From a virus (taxonomy: Duplodnaviria > Caudoviricetes): 62,220 bases of DNA. A program made the position numbers and the translations under genes. Below, in pieces: positions 47,144 through 56,068 of this stretch. Positions within the stretch are counted from its first letter, which is position 1. Each line of letters begins with the position of its first letter. The stretch lies in the IMG/VR virus record IMGVR_UViG_3300009609_000004, positions 1 through 62,220 of that record; one strand, given 5' to 3'. The notes beneath the pieces were generated by a model, which had not been told where the DNA came from, made no database searches, and saw only the letters and a list, made by a program, of their open reading frames with translations.

Positions 47144-47763
47144 TTCGTGTTCTCCTTTTCAGTTTCTATTCGGTACAACGCTTCGCGTTCGGATAAAGAA
47201 ATTTTTTCTGGGTATGCCTCTTGGGATACCCACAACCAACTGACATCCCAAACATCAACGCATCGAATCCCGCGTCAACCTCTTACCCTTGAGGAACGCA
47301 GCTTGACCCAGGCGCCCGGCACGTAATTCCGGGACACGTAGGCTCCCATACTGTTGAAAGGCCCTTTGCGCTGAAAATTTCGGGAGTGCTGACAGGAAGT
47401 ACGTTCTGGATTGGGACAATGCCGCGTTTCATTGTGCTGCCTCTTCCTGAACCGGCAGCTCCGGCGATCGCGGACAAGCATCGTCGGATGGCGTCTTATA
47501 CCGAACAAGGCGACCGCCGCAGAGTGAGCATCGTTTTCTGCCTTTCGGAAGCCATACGAACTTACGCTGGCATCCAAGGCATTTACCGATGATCCAGAGA
47601 CCGCTTGATGTTTGTTCGGTTGCAAGCACCATATGATTTCGTTGCCGGCTTCGACACCACAGCGGCCGGCGCACTGCGGATTAGGGTGAGTTACCCTTGG
47701 CGTCTACCGACGGCACCCGCCGCCGGATCTTCTGTTACGTCCCATCACCCCGTTACGCCGCCT

Positions 47764-48366
47764 TCATTGCGCTCGGCCTTGTCCGTACTGAGGTAAACCT
47801 GTTCGGGACTGGATGAATTTCTGGGTTTCTGCCTCTACTTGCAATGCGCCAGCGTGAGAGGCTACACGTCGACGCAATGTGTTTTCTTTTAAGATGCCGT
47901 TCTTGCAAATCCGGCACGCCTTATGGCGGCCATTCCAATGGGTGCAATCTCGCGGGAAGTCGTTCAGGTCCTTAACGGTTTTGCAGCTGTAGCAGCGCGC
48001 CTCCGTATCGGGATTGATTCCGCGGGCGATCCAGTTCATGCGTGCGTGGATGAGCGCGTGATACGAAGCGTTCTCGCAGATGACAAGATTGCGATTGGCG
48101 TTGTTGGCTTTATTGCGATCGTGATGATGGACGACGGCACCGGTGGGCAGTGCATGGCCGAGAGCGCGCTCTGCGATTGCTATGTGCTCCTGCTTTGTTT
48201 TGGGATGAAAACTCCCGATTACTGGTGTCCTGTAATTAGGGTCCACAAGCGTGATGTATCCGGACCGCAAGGCGTACACTTTGGGCAGTTGAATCTCTTC
48301 GTAGCCGCAAGACTCGCAGCAAATCCCGTCAAATCCGGACTCGTCACATCGTGGACACTGTTTCAA
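47764..48366 (-). CDS. HNH endonuclease with Zn ribbons
   Basis: EHIAIAE...VHHHD.NK.NN...NL...H..IH plus CxxC pairs. Confidence 0.8.
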   Translation of the reverse strand: MKQCPRCDESGFDGICCESCGYEEIQLPKVYALRSGYITLVDPNYRTPVIGSFHPKTKQEHIAIAERALGHALPTGAVVHHHDRNKANNANRNLVICENASYHALIHARMNWIARGINPDTEARCYSCKTVKDLNDFPRDCTHWNGRHKACRICKNGILKENTLRRRVASHAGALQVEAETQKFIQSRTGLPQYGQGRAQ

Positions 48367-48517
48367 TTATCCCTGCCCGTACCTGCCCAAAAGGAAAACG
48401 GTGGTTGGCAACCGGGCAGGAGGCTGTCCTCGCATTGGAAGCAAGTGAGCCAACCGCGGAGATTATTTTCACGGGTTCATGGAATTGTCAAGAATAACTT
48501 TCATGGATAGGCAAACT

Positions 48518-48757
48518 TTACCGTCCACAGATTTCAGCAATGGCATCGTTCACCATGCGATCGATGTCCTCGATCGACACCTGCCGCATGTTCATGAATT
48601 GCTCAAGGTCTGAGAGCTTGATACAGATTCGCGCGCCGACGCGGACGTGTGGAAGTTTGCCGGAGGCGCACTGGTTGTAGAGTGCCACCCGGCTCAAACT
48701 TGTCAGCTTGGATGCGTCCTTGACGCTGATGTATCGGTCCTGCTCTATCGCCGCCAT
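48518..48757 (-). CDS. Excisionase-like HTH protein
   Basis: YISVKDASKL..LSR.ALY.....GKLP..RVG..I.I...DL..FM. Confidence 0.75.
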   Translation of the reverse strand: MAAIEQDRYISVKDASKLTSLSRVALYNQCASGKLPHVRVGARICIKLSDLEQFMNMRQVSIEDIDRMVNDAIAEICGR

Positions 48758-48758
48758 G

Positions 48759-48983
48759 TTATTCAATCTTGCGGAGAAGTTTCGAAAGTGTCGTCCGGTA
48801 GACCCTGACAAGTTTCGCGAGCGGCGCAAGTCCTGGATTCGGGATCTTGCCGTGCTCCATCAGCAGAATGTTGTTCCGGTGAATACCTGAGAGTTCGCTG
48901 GCTTTCCTGAGAGACAGTCCGTATTTTTCCCGAGCCGCCCTCAGTAGTTTTCCCAATTTGGTTATTTGCAGTTCGGTTGACAT
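48759..48983 (-). CDS. Cro-like XRE HTH regulator
   Basis: LRAAREKYGLSLRKAS..SGI....I...E.G...NPGL; divergent from the repressor. Confidence 0.85.
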   Translation of the reverse strand: MSTELQITKLGKLLRAAREKYGLSLRKASELSGIHRNNILLMEHGKIPNPGLAPLAKLVRVYRTTLSKLLRKIE

Positions 48984-49100
48984 GGCACTGTGTATAGTGC
49001 CACAACTTGCGCTTGAGTCAAGAGACTCGCGGCAGTTTTTAAGTTGACAGAAGTTTGACTGTTGTACAGTCTGAATGTAATGGCATCGTTTGTTGTGCCA
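48983..49100. promoter_or_regulatory. Genetic-switch operators TGGCA-N10-TGCCA
   Basis: Two 20-bp palindromes at 48983-49002 and 49081-49100 between the divergent HTH genes. Confidence 0.7.
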
Positions 49101-49123
49101 CTCAACTTAAGAGGGAGCAGTTA

Positions 49124-49483
49124 ATGGATATCGGAAGAAGGCTCAATTTGTTGGTTAAGCAATCCGATGCAAGGACGTATCGTGGTTTCGCCAGGAAGGC
49201 AAAACTCTCACGACCGTCGCTGATGGCGATTATTGAGGACAGGTCGAGTCCAACGCTTGACACTTTGGAAAAGATTTTAAAGGCGGCAGGCTCGAGCTTC
49301 TCGGAGTTTTTCAAGAGTCCAGTTGTGCGCTCGTATCACGATCCGGAGCACCAGGAACTTCACGAGATGCTTCAGGAACTATTGGTGAGCGGTGGCAACG
49401 GGGCGATTATGGCGCGAGAAACGATACGCGCTGCTTATGACCGGCACGTGCGGCATATCGGGAGGAGTGCTGTTACAGCGTAG
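49124..49483 (+). CDS. CI-like repressor (XRE HTH)
   Basis: FARKAKLSR..L..I.....SPTLDTLEKI......FSEFF; GAGGGAG RBS; no S24 autocleavage domain. Confidence 0.75.
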   Translation: MDIGRRLNLLVKQSDARTYRGFARKAKLSRPSLMAIIEDRSSPTLDTLEKILKAAGSSFSEFFKSPVVRSYHDPEHQELHEMLQELLVSGGNGAIMARETIRAAYDRHVRHIGRSAVTA

Positions 49484-49635
49484 GCGGTGCCGTTGTCGTT
49501 GCTTCTGCAATGGGGGAAGAGGCCCTTTCCTGTGAATCTACATCAGCGGCTTGATTTCATTTTGTATTCCGGGCAGTGGGAAAGAATTGTCGCTGTCCGG
49601 GAAGTCCTTATCAACTTATCCAATGCGGTAACCGA

Positions 49636-50799
49636 GTGGGAGTCAAAGTCCGGGAAAAAGAAACGGGCTCGGGTGTCTGGTGGGTTTTCATCGCTCACAA
49701 AGGTAAACGCCGGTCCAAGCGAATCGGTTCGCGTGATGCGGCTGAGCGCGTCAAAGCCGTCATTGAAGCCCAGATAAAACTCGGCCAGTTTAGCGTTCAC
49801 CCGAAGCGCCGCAGCGTCACGCTTCAGAAGTATTACGACACGACGTATCAGGATTATCTCGACACGGCTGTGAAACCCAGCACGGCGTACTCGTATGTTC
49901 TGACGTTCAAGAACTACATTCTGCCGGAACTAGGGCACTTCGTGTTGAGTGATATCACGCGCGGCGTGCTGAAGGGTTTCATTGCTGGACTTGTCCGCCG
50001 GAAGCTGGCGCGAAATACGATCGCGAGCATCATGCATGCGGCGAGCGGCCTGTTGCAGAATGCCGTCGACGATGAAGTGTTGTCGGCAAATCCTGTGCGC
50101 CGGATGCGGCGGTTCTACAGGAACGCGCCAGGGGTTGCCGATATTGAGCCATTGACGACTCAGGAGGTCGAGCGCCTGCTCACCGTAACGCGGGAGAAGC
50201 TCGCGCACTTCTACCCTGTACTTCTCTGCGCGCTCCATGCGGGCCTCCGGATCGGGGAGTTGCGCGGACTCCGATGGGCTGACGTCGACTTCAATGGACG
50301 GTTCCTGCTTATCCGTCACAACGTCTGGCGTCGTGTTGCCGGGACAACGAAGGGCGGCCGTGCGGCTCGTGTCGATCTGTCCGACGCGCTGCTGCTTGAG
50401 CTGAAAACATGGAAGGCGAAGCGGCGAGAGGCGAATCTTGCGGCCGGCCGGGGTGAGTTGACGCTGGAGGATACTGTTTTCCTCGTTCCAGATTCAAAAG
50501 ATCGTGGGCGGCGGAAGGCGGATCGCGGCGGAAGGATGGGCGCCGCCTATATTCGAAACCTGTTCAAGCGGGCACTGCAGGCGGCCGGGATTCGCGACGT
50601 GAAGTTTCACAACCTGCGCCACACGTTCGTCACGCAGCTTTTGATGGCAGGGCATAGTCCGGTCTACGTTTCACAGCAGGCGCGCCACAAGAGCATTCAG
50701 ACAACAATCGGGACGTACTCGCATTGGATCCCGGGCCACGGTCGGGAGGCGATGAATACGCTGCCGTCGGACGTCAAGAAGGGAAACGATGCCATGTAG
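49636..50799 (+). CDS. int: Tyrosine integrase
   Basis: GLRIGEL, FHNLRHTF, HKSIQTT..TYSH; likely start GTG 49636. Confidence 0.93.
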   Translation: MGVKVREKETGSGVWWVFIAHKGKRRSKRIGSRDAAERVKAVIEAQIKLGQFSVHPKRRSVTLQKYYDTTYQDYLDTAVKPSTAYSYVLTFKNYILPELGHFVLSDITRGVLKGFIAGLVRRKLARNTIASIMHAASGLLQNAVDDEVLSANPVRRMRRFYRNAPGVADIEPLTTQEVERLLTVTREKLAHFYPVLLCALHAGLRIGELRGLRWADVDFNGRFLLIRHNVWRRVAGTTKGGRAARVDLSDALLLELKTWKAKRREANLAAGRGELTLEDTVFLVPDSKDRGRRKADRGGRMGAAYIRNLFKRALQAAGIRDVKFHNLRHTFVTQLLMAGHSPVYVSQQARHKSIQTTIGTYSHWIPGHGREAMNTLPSDVKKGNDAM

Positions 50800-50807
50800 C
50801 CCGTTTC

Positions 50808-51022
50808 ATAGGGTGCAGATAGGGTGCAGAGCGCGTTTTTGCCGAAGGTGTAGAATCAGCAACTTCTCTAGCGAATGAGAATAAAAAGAACTCGCTAAGT
50901 CGCTGATTCCTTGAAAACACAGATGGACAGGCAAATCAAAGTCATCTGCGCGGTGAACTGGAGGGGCCGGTAAATCAGTAGCTTACGCGACCCCATTTTG
51001 CGTGAGTGCAGATCAGGTGCAT
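50808..51022. other. Probable attP region
   Basis: ATAGGGTGCAG twice (50808-50829) and related GAGTGCAG/CAGGTGCA (51004-51021) arm-like repeats; inverted TAAGTCGCTGATT/AATCAGTAGCTTA flanking a central segment; directly after int. Confidence 0.6.
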
Positions 51023-51720
51023 GGGTCTTGCGAAGCAGGCGGTAGCGCGAGTCGTTCAAATCCTGTCGTGACCGCCCGCTGATAGTACCGAATTTTTCGC
51101 ACCTGAATCCCTACCGCGCCGTTGACGTGCGGTCCGCACCATGCCGACTGATCCATGCCGAGATATTCCGCCTTCGCATCGCAGACGCCGCAGAATATTT
51201 CCTTCCCGCTTTCCACTTCCGCATCGCTCAGGATGATCGGCTTCTTGTCGTCAGTGTCGAACAATTCCTGCTGCGCTTCAACGAGTGTGATGAAGGCAGT
51301 TTTCTTGTAGTACTTCCGCACGAGGTCGAGTGAGTGTGCGTCGAGCGGCAGAACCACTTTCCAGATCAACGACCAGTCGGGCTTGTCGGCGAAGAGCTTG
51401 TCGCAGAAGACTTCCGTAATGCGGCAGCCGGGAACCATTTGACCGGCACCATCAGCGCCTTCGTCTGAATGCGGATAGAGTTCCAGGTTGTGAATTCCGA
51501 GTTCGCCGAGGTTGAGCACGGTCTTGCCTAGCTCGGAAACCGGAAGGTGGTTCGTGCCTTCGCGTCGGAATAGCTGCTTCGCAACGCGCTCGTCGACCTC
51601 GTAGAGCAGGTCGTAGCTGACAGGTGTGATGTAAAACGAGCATTGCAGCGTGGCCTTGTCGGCTTCTCCTGAAAACTTACAACTCTGAAGATAATTCTCA
51701 ACTTTATGACTGGAATACAT
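51013..51720 (-). CDS. Hypothetical protein
   Basis: AAGGAG RBS; 235-aa ORF; C-terminal CxxC...CxxH. Confidence 0.7.
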   Translation of the reverse strand: MYSSHKVENYLQSCKFSGEADKATLQCSFYITPVSYDLLYEVDERVAKQLFRREGTNHLPVSELGKTVLNLGELGIHNLELYPHSDEGADGAGQMVPGCRITEVFCDKLFADKPDWSLIWKVVLPLDAHSLDLVRKYYKKTAFITLVEAQQELFDTDDKKPIILSDAEVESGKEIFCGVCDAKAEYLGMDQSAWCGPHVNGAVGIQVRKIRYYQRAVTTGFERLALPPASQDPCT

Positions 51721-51762
51721 CGGAACGGCTCCTTTCGGATGGGTGGTTACTAAAAACGATCA

Positions 51763-51791
51763 TTGACAGGTAAACAGGTCCGGTGCATTAT
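51763..51791 (+). promoter_or_regulatory. Sigma70-type promoter
   Basis: TTGACA-17 nt-CATTAT. Confidence 0.55.
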
Positions 51792-51800
51792 GCACGGGTA

Positions 51801-52037
51801 ATGAGTTCAATGCAACGTAGAACGCTTAAGGAAGCCGAAAGTCAAATCCGAGACGCGAGGCGGTATCGTGCGCTGCGAAAGTCACTGGGCACTCAGGGTG
51901 TCGTCGCTGCTCAACTCGGTATCGCAATGAACACAATTTCGCGCCGGGAGCTTGGGCTTCAGCGGATCGACAAGGAAGCGTTCTTAGCACTTAGGTATCT
52001 GTTGTCTTTATCGAAATCCACCACGAAAGGCGACTAG
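51801..52037 (+). CDS. XRE HTH protein
   Basis: YRALRKSLGTQ..VA..LGI..NTISRRE.G. Confidence 0.75.
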   Translation: MSSMQRRTLKEAESQIRDARRYRALRKSLGTQGVVAAQLGIAMNTISRRELGLQRIDKEAFLALRYLLSLSKSTTKGD

Positions 52038-52077
52038 GGTGAAGAGGGTACAGTCTGGTGAGGTAGAGGGCATGGTT

Positions 52078-52276
52078 GATCGGACAGCCCCCGGGGTTAC
52101 CGATCTGGCTATCGCGGCGATCTCGACTAGTTCAAGTAGCGATAGGACAAAAACTGCGACCGGGGCTCTCACTGTCAGCCGAGGCCACTTCGTTTCACCT
52201 GGAAGCCGCATGATGAGATCGGGAGCAATCCTACCGATCAGGGCGGGCGTCGATGCGTCGAGTGTGCGGCGCCCGT
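52078..52276 (+). ncRNA. Candidate structured RNA (four hairpins)
   Basis: GATCGG..CCGATC twice, CTATCGC..GCGATAG, CGGGCGTCG..CGGCGCCCG and a GCAA tetraloop; folded by eye only. Confidence 0.3.
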
Positions 52277-52474
52277 TACGGAATTATTAAATTATGAAAG
52301 TCATCGCACTCACCCCCGAAGAGACCGAGGAGTTGAAGAAACTCTAATGGGCTACAACGACGGTCTCGGCTGTGTTGCTGAAGACGAAGACGACGAATAC
52401 TGCGAGTGTGGCGGTCGTAACGGGATTCACTTTGCAGGCTGTCCGCATCTGGACCCAACACCGGAGGACGATCA

Positions 52475-52720
52475 GTGACCGACAAGCAGGGCAATGAACT
52501 CGCCATCGGCGATACGGTTGATGTGCCTGTCGATGGCATTATGAGCGCGGTCGTCTCTCAGATTCAGGAGGGCGGACTTGTCGGTCCTGATGGAAAGCCG
52601 CAGCCTGCCTTACTTGTGCTGACGATCCCGATCCCGATGCGTCTTGCGCCGGGCCAGCCTGCGCCAGTCTACTTGACACGCAAGGCCGAGAAGCCGCAGC
52701 AAAAGGAGAAAGTGCATTGA
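52475..52720 (+). CDS. Hypothetical SH3/KOW-like small protein
   Basis: GGAGG RBS; DKQGNELAIGDTV motif. Confidence 0.65.
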   Translation: MTDKQGNELAIGDTVDVPVDGIMSAVVSQIQEGGLVGPDGKPQPALLVLTIPIPMRLAPGQPAPVYLTRKAEKPQQKEKVH

Positions 52721-53091
52721 AAGCGAAACTGGAAGTGAAGCAACCGAAAGTGAAAGCGAAGATTCGCGCTGGCACGGACTACTGGTGCCCGATAGTGAAA
52801 GCGAAGATTCGCGCTGGCACGGACTTCTACTGGTGCGTTCCACTGAGGGAGCGCGTCGTCAACGGGATCATCGTGCCTGACAACGCGATGGATGAGACGA
52901 ATCCGCTCGAAGGAATCATTGTGGCGGTTGGAAGTGGCCTGCGCGAGGGCGGTGTTATCACGCCGCTGGAGTTTAAGGTCGGCGATCACGTCCGGTTTCC
53001 GAAGCACGCTGGGACTGTTGTGCATCTTCGCGAGACGGAAGAAACGTTCTTCGTTTTGAGAGAGAACCAGGTTTTCGGGGCGATTGAGTGA
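52717..53091 (+). CDS. groES: GroES-like co-chaperonin with N-terminal duplication
   Basis: GIIVPD...GIIVAVGSG...PLEFKVGD.V.F.K.AGT...VLRE..V.GAIE. Confidence 0.85.
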   Translation: MKAKLEVKQPKVKAKIRAGTDYWCPIVKAKIRAGTDFYWCVPLRERVVNGIIVPDNAMDETNPLEGIIVAVGSGLREGGVITPLEFKVGDHVRFPKHAGTVVHLRETEETFFVLRENQVFGAIE

Positions 53092-53094
53092 GTC

Positions 53095-53280
53095 ATGCGA
53101 CGCTTTGGCCGATCGGCGCGCCGTCGTAAGGATTCATGTGTCGGCAAGTTGCGCTATCGTTCTCTCGCTGAAGCCGGACTGGAAATCGAGCGCGCGAAGA
53201 CATACCGCGGTGAAACGCTACGAGCCTACGAATGCCTTAAGTGCGGCAAGATTCATCTGACTTCAATGGCACGTCCGTAG
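53095..53280 (+). CDS. Small Zn-binding phage protein
   Basis: C..K.RY...AYEC..C...HLTS. Confidence 0.7.
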   Translation: MRRFGRSARRRKDSCVGKLRYRSLAEAGLEIERAKTYRGETLRAYECLKCGKIHLTSMARP

Positions 53281-53749
53281 CCTGCCTTCTTTGCCTACCT
53301 TGGCAGTGTATTCTTGACAGCCAGCATAAACTGATTGCAGCACAGCCTGTAGTGGTTGAGCCATTGGCCCGACCCCTTCGGTCGGGTAAAGCGATCAGGT
53401 AACTGAACGCGGGGGAAGGGGGGACTATTACCCGAATCTCCCGCAAACCCACCTACCTTTCAGGAATTTCACATTTGGCAAAAAAGCGGTTTTTGCGACC
53501 CCTCATACCAGTTGAGGGCGGCACGTACATGCTTCTTGCACGAGCGAATGTACTCGTGAATGCCGGTCGCGCGCGCATCGTGAACGGCCGAGTTCGGATA
53601 TTGAAAGTATTCAACCCGACTGATGCTGGGTACGAGCGAGCGCGCGGATTCGTCCGCGTGGGCGGGAGTTTAAGTTTCGATCCTGATATGGGGGGAGGTC
53701 CGCAAGTTATGCAGTTCCATCGCGGCAACAAGGGGCGGCGCGGGGCAGC

Positions 53750-54700
53750 TTGAATCCTCCGGTAACCGGTCGCGCTCCAATCGGGGCCGCCGCTGCGATC
53801 GAAGCGATCCGCCGGCGCAGCTCAATTCGGGTTCACGGTGAAACGCCTGCGCTGAGGCTGCTCGGCATCGAGGATAAGTTTGCGGCGCGAGTCCAGTGGC
53901 GCGAGCAAGTCGGCAAGCCTGTAGTCGATTCGGAACTGAGCACGCTTGACGGCGTACGCAACGATATTGCCAGGCGCTCGAAAAACGAACTGCAGAACGC
54001 TCGCGATGAGTTCCGTAGGCGGAACAAGATCGCGACGTACTTCCCGGACGAGGGGCCGTTTCGGAGAGAGTTGTATCCGAAGCACATGGAGGTGATTCGG
54101 TACACAAAAGAAGATGACGAGATTCTCTTCATGGCGGCGAATAAGGTCGGCAAGACGGATCTCGGTGGCTATTGCGTAGCGCGGTGGGCAATGGGCCGGT
54201 ATCCGGATTGGTGGCCAGGGCGCGTGTTCGATGGCCCGATTACTGCATGGGTCGTCAACAAGACCGCGAAGGATACACGGGACATCAATGAAGCGGTCCT
54301 ATTGGGGCCACCAGGGAACGACGCCGACCGCGGAACTGGCATGCTGCCGGCGCATCTTATTCAGCGATGTACCCCAAAGCCGGGCACGCCGCACGCGTTC
54401 GAGTTCATCAACGTTGAGCACGTGAGTGGCGGCACATCGTACATCGTTAGTAAGTCGTATGACCAAGGGCGAGAAGCATTCCAGGGTCGCAATCTACCAG
54501 TTTGCTGGAATGACGAGGAGGTACCCAAGGACATCTACGACGAAGAGATGCTGCGCATTATGGTTTGCGGCGGCCTCATCTTGTCGACGTTCACCCCGAT
54601 TCACGGTCTGACGGATATGACGACGTGGTTCATGGAAGCAGCCGGTTTCAGTCTCGACGCCTTGCGTCATTCACAGGAGAATGCGGACGATGTGGAGTAA
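53750..54700 (+). CDS. terL: Terminase large subunit, N-terminal ATPase half (P22 gp2-like)
   Basis: MAANKVGKT Walker A, KSYDQGREAFQG, WNDEE Walker B and TFTP coupling motif; stops soon after. Confidence 0.9.
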   Translation: MNPPVTGRAPIGAAAAIEAIRRRSSIRVHGETPALRLLGIEDKFAARVQWREQVGKPVVDSELSTLDGVRNDIARRSKNELQNARDEFRRRNKIATYFPDEGPFRRELYPKHMEVIRYTKEDDEILFMAANKVGKTDLGGYCVARWAMGRYPDWWPGRVFDGPITAWVVNKTAKDTRDINEAVLLGPPGNDADRGTGMLPAHLIQRCTPKPGTPHAFEFINVEHVSGGTSYIVSKSYDQGREAFQGRNLPVCWNDEEVPKDIYDEEMLRIMVCGGLILSTFTPIHGLTDMTTWFMEAAGFSLDALRHSQENADDVE

Positions 54701-54709
54701 AATAATGCC

Positions 54710-55288
54710 ATGTCACGTATACCCTCCACTCGACGTGGTCCGGTTGCAGCCTATGGTGGCGTGCTCCGTTTATCGGAAAAGCTCTGTCGTAAGTGTGAGA
54801 CGACCAAGCCGATTGCTGATTTTAGGATTAGCAAATACACGACACTGTCAGGCAAACAAAGCCTTCGGGTTTCCACTCATTGCCGTGAATGCAATCGAAT
54901 CAATAAGCGTGGTTATCACTGGAAAAACAGGGCTAAGTTTGTTGCTAAAGCAAAGGCGTGGGCTGCTGCCAACCCCGAGATATGGAACGCCAGAAATCGG
55001 CGGATTCAGCTCAAGAAGCGACTAAAGAAGTTCGGGCTAACGCTCCAAGATTATGATCGCCTCGTTACTGAGCAGGACGGAAAATGCGCAGTCTGCAAGC
55101 AGCCGCCGCCGCGGCACCAGTGCCGTAAGTACGACTATCTTCCTGACCTGTTGTCTATTGATCACGACCATCAAACGAATCGGGTACGCGGCTTACTGTG
55201 CCGTCGCTGCAATCTTGCTCTCGGAAATATTTCGGAGAGTCCCGAAACCGCAGCCGGACTACTGGAATACATTCACTCGAAATGCTGA
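54710..55288 (+). CDS. Endonuclease VII-like (homing) endonuclease
   Basis: Q.GKCAVC...IDHDH....VRGLLC..CN.ALG; N-terminal CxxC pairs. Confidence 0.88.
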   Translation: MSRIPSTRRGPVAAYGGVLRLSEKLCRKCETTKPIADFRISKYTTLSGKQSLRVSTHCRECNRINKRGYHWKNRAKFVAKAKAWAAANPEIWNARNRRIQLKKRLKKFGLTLQDYDRLVTEQDGKCAVCKQPPPRHQCRKYDYLPDLLSIDHDHQTNRVRGLLCRRCNLALGNISESPETAAGLLEYIHSKC

Positions 55289-55297
55289 GAGCCTTCC

Positions 55298-56068
55298 GTG
55301 AAGAGGCTCGTTTTTTGTGACTGGTCCTCCGTCCCGCATTTAACGGAAGCGATGAAGGCCAAGCAGTTGGCCGACATGGATCCGCACCTGCGCGATGCCA
55401 GAACCCGCGGCATTCCGTTCCTCGGTTCCGGTGCCGTCTATCCGGTAGCAACGGAAGTTATCGAGATCAAGCCGTTCGCCATTCCGGATCACTGGCCGCG
55501 CGCATTCGGTCTTGATGTTGGCTGGAATCGAACGGCCGCAATCTGGGGCGCGCTCGATCGAGACAGCGACATTCTGTACCTCTACGACGAGCATTACGTT
55601 GCGCAGGAGACTCCGCAGGTACACGTGCAGGCGATCCTCGGGTACGCCGGGAAGAGCAATCTTCGGGCGAAGTGGATACCAGGCGTGATCGATCCGGCTT
55701 CAAAGGGCCGCACGCAGACCGACGGCGAGAAACTGCTCGAGACCTATCGCAATCTTGGGCTCGACGTGGAGACGGCGGTCAATGCGATCAATGCCGGGGT
55801 TCACGAAGTTTGGCTGCGACTGAGTTCTGGGCGACTGAAAGTGTTCTCGACGCTACAGTTTTTCTTCAAGGAGTACCTGCTGTATCGGCGTGATGAGAAC
55901 GGAAAGATCATCGAGAGCAAATCGCGGCCGAACCATTTGATGGATGCGGCTCGGTATCTCGTGATGTCGGGGATTCAGAACATGAAAGCTGTTCCGTATC
56001 GAAGCAATGAAATTCCAGATTGGGGCGATCCGCAGTTGGTGTCCTCGCAGGGATGGATGTCTTCGTGA
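55298..56068 (+). CDS. terL: Terminase large subunit, C-terminal nuclease half
   Basis: W..VPHL...RDAR..GIP..GSG.VYP...GLDVGW...IDPA...HLMDA.RY. Confidence 0.88.
   Translation: MKRLVFCDWSSVPHLTEAMKAKQLADMDPHLRDARTRGIPFLGSGAVYPVATEVIEIKPFAIPDHWPRAFGLDVGWNRTAAIWGALDRDSDILYLYDEHYVAQETPQVHVQAILGYAGKSNLRAKWIPGVIDPASKGRTQTDGEKLLETYRNLGLDVETAVNAINAGVHEVWLRLSSGRLKVFSTLQFFFKEYLLYRRDENGKIIESKSRPNHLMDAARYLVMSGIQNMKAVPYRSNEIPDWGDPQLVSSQGWMSS

Noticed and set aside
47630-47760. GC-rich hairpins suggesting a second tRNA
   Set aside because: No cloverleaf with a T-loop consensus could be built on either strand.
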